From Octopus sinensis (taxonomy: Eukaryota), in NCBI RefSeq assembly GCF_006345805.1, contig NC_043001.1, positions 14,384,001-14,448,000 of the forward strand: a stretch of 64,000 nt of DNA, in the 5' to 3' direction. Both the position numbers and the translations under genes were made by a program. The notes beneath the pieces were generated by a model, which had not been told where the DNA came from, made no database searches, and worked only from the letters and a program-made list of their open reading frames with translations. Within the stretch, counting starts at the first letter, position 1, and every line of letters begins with the position of its first letter. Of this stretch, positions 61,135 to 64,000 are shown piece by piece.

Positions 61135-61881
61135 CAGTGGTTCTCATCCAGAGCCCATATAAGATTCTTGAAGGTTCACGCAACAATATAGTAAATTGAG
61201 GACAATAGTACTTCTTTTTAAAAAATTTGATTTAGTTGTATGTATTGGTATGTATTGCAAGAAACAACTAGATTTCTTTCTTCAGCATTTTACATAGTTC
61301 AACCTGCACTAGTTGATGTGTGAAAAAACAAAATAGGGATCTCTTCGGTTTGAACGGCAGTTTTTTCTAGCGGTGTCATATGAAATTGTCACCCAAAATT
61401 ATGACCCTAGCATCGATCTATAGCATTTCAATCTGTTTTAGGGTTAGGGGTGGGGAAAGGGTATCTTTTTTTCTTCACAAATGTAAATAAACCCAATCTG
61501 TTTCTTAAACGAGGGACATATTCCTACGGCACAGAATGTTTGTTACCTCAATAGACGTCAGTGATTGGTTGAAATTGCAGAAATTGAAGAAAGAAAAAAC
61601 AACAAATATCTTACAAATTACAGAATTTTCTCAATAAAGCCAAGAAAACAAGATGTTTTATAAACACATTCTACCAGTATACGAAGTTTCAATTTTTTTA
61701 GTTACCTAGAAATTATGTTGAAAACTGCCGTTCAAACCGAAAAGATCCCAAAATAGGAATTTTGAAAGAAGTTTCTATAAAACTAGTTTTTAAAAATCGA
61801 AAGGTTCTGGCGGAGGTCCACCAGAATAAATTAGTAATCAAAGGGGTCCATAGATTTTTTTTTTAATATTAAGAACCCCTG
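61135..61881. mobile_element. hAT-like MITE hosting a nested element
   Basis: CAGTGGTTCTCA / TAAGAACCCCTG termini; TSD degenerate (5/8). Confidence 0.55.
61336..61749. mobile_element. MITE with 29-bp TIR and 6-bp flanking duplication
   Basis: GGGATCTCTTCGGTTTGAACGGCAGTTTT / AAAACTGCCGTTCAAACCGAAAAGATCCC; AAAATA at 61330-61335 and 61750-61755. Confidence 0.85.
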
Positions 61882-62312
61882 CTTTAAAGCCTGGTTACTG
61901 TCTCTACAACGAAGCATTCTGTCTGACTCAGCCAATTCGTTCCCAAATAACTCATTGATCCCCTAGTTACCAACAAGAACTCTCTTAGTTTCACGGAATA
62001 CCCCTTTGTTTTCAAAACCTGTAAGGAAGTGGCCTCTTTAGCGTTACTCGATTTGCTAGAAATAACAGCTAAATCTCTAAGTTGGGGTTTAACGTTTGTT
62101 TTAAAAATAGCCGGCGTATGTATCCAGGTTAATCCACTCCTGGATACATTTTACTTTAAATGAGGAACGCCTTTGAACAGGGATCACCTGGGGCTAAAAA
62201 CTACAACGAAATCAAGACATTGACAGCTTGTTTAACCCGACTACACACACACACGAGCACATATAGATAAATATATACATGCACATACACACACAGTGTG
62301 TGTGTGTGTGAG

Positions 62313-62356
<44 letters not shown>

Positions 62357-62442
62357 CACTGTAGTTGATTAGTTCACCTAAAGCTTTTCAAAGCGCTACC
62401 CCAGCATGGCTGCAGTCTAATGACTGAAACAAGTAAAACATA

Positions 62443-62829
62443 TCTTTATATATAAAAGTCGTGTGTCTGTCTCCTACGATTTAGATTCCTAACTACTCCC
62501 ACATTTTGCGGTGCAGTTTAACCAAAAGCGGGTATCTTACAGTCGTGATTCATATCGAGCCCTTCTGGGTATTAGCGCGCGTCTACGATGAGTCTACGAT
62601 TTTAAAATAATTTACCATCATTTTTTTCCTTTTAAATGCATTTTTTCGCTATTATATAAGGGAAGTAACTCTCTAAAAATGTCTACGATGGGTCAAGGAT
62701 TTAAAAAAATTTACCATAATTTTTTTCCATTTTTAATGCATTTTTTGCTATTTTTTGGCTATAACTCTCTAAAAATGCTTTATAGTTGTTTCCCTTACAA
62801 ATCCGAGCAACGCCGGGCGATACTGCTAG
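62443..62829 (+). mobile_element. Non-autonomous Helitron-like element, type A
   Basis: A|TC...CTAG|T; near-identical to 41105-41504. Confidence 0.85.
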
Positions 62830-62875
<46 letters not shown>

Positions 62876-63149
62876 ATACTGGTTTAGCTCCATCGAACAG
62901 TTGAAAACATCTAATAACGACCACCGGAACTTCATATGCATCTGGTAATTGTTCGGTTTAATTATATAATAAAAGTAAATAAAAATTAAGGGGGAGATAA
63001 GTAGTAAAACGGACATTGGGTATTCGCTGGTATAGAGAGGGTCTCAAAAAAGTGTGTTTTGGTTGAAGTACCTGACCGCACAGAAGAAACATTAACTGAG
63101 CTGATACAAAGGTGGGTTTTATTTTGCCTGGGTCTCACATAGTCAGCAA

Positions 63150-63387
63150 TGGCTGCGGCGAGCTGGCAGAAACGTTAGCACGCCTGGCGAAATGCGTAGC
63201 CGTATTTCGTCTGTCTTGACGTTCTGAGTTCAAATTCCGCCGAGGTCGACTTTGCCTTTCATCCTTTCGGGGTCGATAAATTAAATACCAGTTACGCACT
63301 GGAGTCGATGTAATCGACTTAATCCCTTTGTCTATCCTTGTTTGTCCCCTCTATGTTTAGCCCCTTGTGGGCAATAAAGAAATATAT
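63150..63387 (+). mobile_element. SINE-C monomer inserted in the Merlin transposase
   Basis: Family match; interrupts the GW/KAY motif. Confidence 0.85.
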
Positions 63388-63414
63388 AATAAAGAAAGCA
63401 TATAATAACATCGG

Positions 63415-63663
63415 GGTACTACTTGAGAACAGTGGTCCCGGTGCGCGCACTCTCGTACTCACGATTCCGCACTAGCTAGTCATGACTAGCCGATCCTTAT
63501 TTTGTGTTTTTGTGTTATTTACTTTGTTTAAAAAAATTATTTACTTAGTGTAAAAAAATTATTTTTGTGTTTTATTTACTTTGCTAGGTAGTCATTGTAG
63601 GATCGACTAGCTTGCGCGACAACGCGAGTGCGCGCACCGGGACCACTGTTCTCAAGTAGTACC
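63415..63663. mobile_element. Merlin-type MITE nested in Merlin
   Basis: 38-bp perfect TIR GGTACTACTTGAGAACAGTGGTCCCGGTGCGCGCACTC; 8-bp TSD AACATCGG / AACATGGG. Confidence 0.88.
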
Positions 63664-64000
63664 AACATGGGTATCCTCAATGGTGGTGCCTACATGTACG
63701 AGGTTATTATTGACCAACAACATTTTGTTGATCCTCATGATCAAGACGTCCACACAAAATGTGGAAAATATGTGAATGCCTGTGAAACGGAAGTTGAGAC
63801 GACATTTCGGGACGTCGGACATATTGTTTCATATCTGCAAGAGTTTCTCTGGCGTAATTCCACCGAGGAAAAGAAGACATTTGTTCACTTTCTGGCCGCT
63901 TGTCTTTATGCTGCATAAAAAGTAAGCTGCTTCTTTCATTACTTATCTCGCCTTAATTTTTTATTTACTTTTATTGCGTAACTAAACCAAACAATTACCT

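Larger units (their letters stand above)
62944..63999 (+). mobile_element. Internally deleted Merlin (IS1595-like) transposon
   Basis: About 57-bp TIRs (GGTAATTGTTCGGTTT...GATAAG / CTTATC...AAACCAAACAATTACC); transposase GHWVFAGIERVSKKCVLVEVPDRTEETLTELIQRWV...S.GW/KAYNNI/GILNGG...HFVDP...VHT.NVEN...SYLQEFLWR. Confidence 0.88.

Noticed and set aside
63628-63918. 96-aa ORF as an independent gene
   Set aside because: Starts inside the MITE TIR and runs through frameshifted Merlin transposase.

Overview
Eukaryotic, AT-rich, extremely repeat-dense window with one 100-N assembly gap (60921-61020). The repeat families and microsatellite load resemble an Octopus-type cephalopod genome; this is inference from recalled repeat sequences, not a database result. 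No intact host gene, rRNA, true tRNA or CRISPR array can be supported, and most long ORFs in the track are microsatellite artefacts. The window holds several tRNA-headed SINE families (working labels SINE-A, SINE-B, SINE-C and CORE-like), 3' ends of RTE LINEs, a fragmented CR1/Jockey-group RT, a fragmented Gypsy pol, internally deleted Tc1/mariner and Merlin transposons, and non-autonomous Helitron-, hAT-, piggyBac- and Tigger-like elements, many of them nested. Most notable: (1) a 409-bp element with 124-bp terminal inverted repeats around a minimal type I hammerhead ribozyme motif with intact catalytic core, plus further Penelope-like hammerhead motifs including a palindromic head-to-head pair; (2) head-to-tail SINE-C multimers flanked by single TSDs, implying insertion as multimers; (3) a 9-unit satellite built from a piggyBac-like MITE with a 12-bp spacer shared across three loci; (4) an 83-nt hairpin with strand-biased G-U pairs; (5) a tentative minus-strand gene with a signal-peptide-like start and symmetric 27-bp micro-exons.
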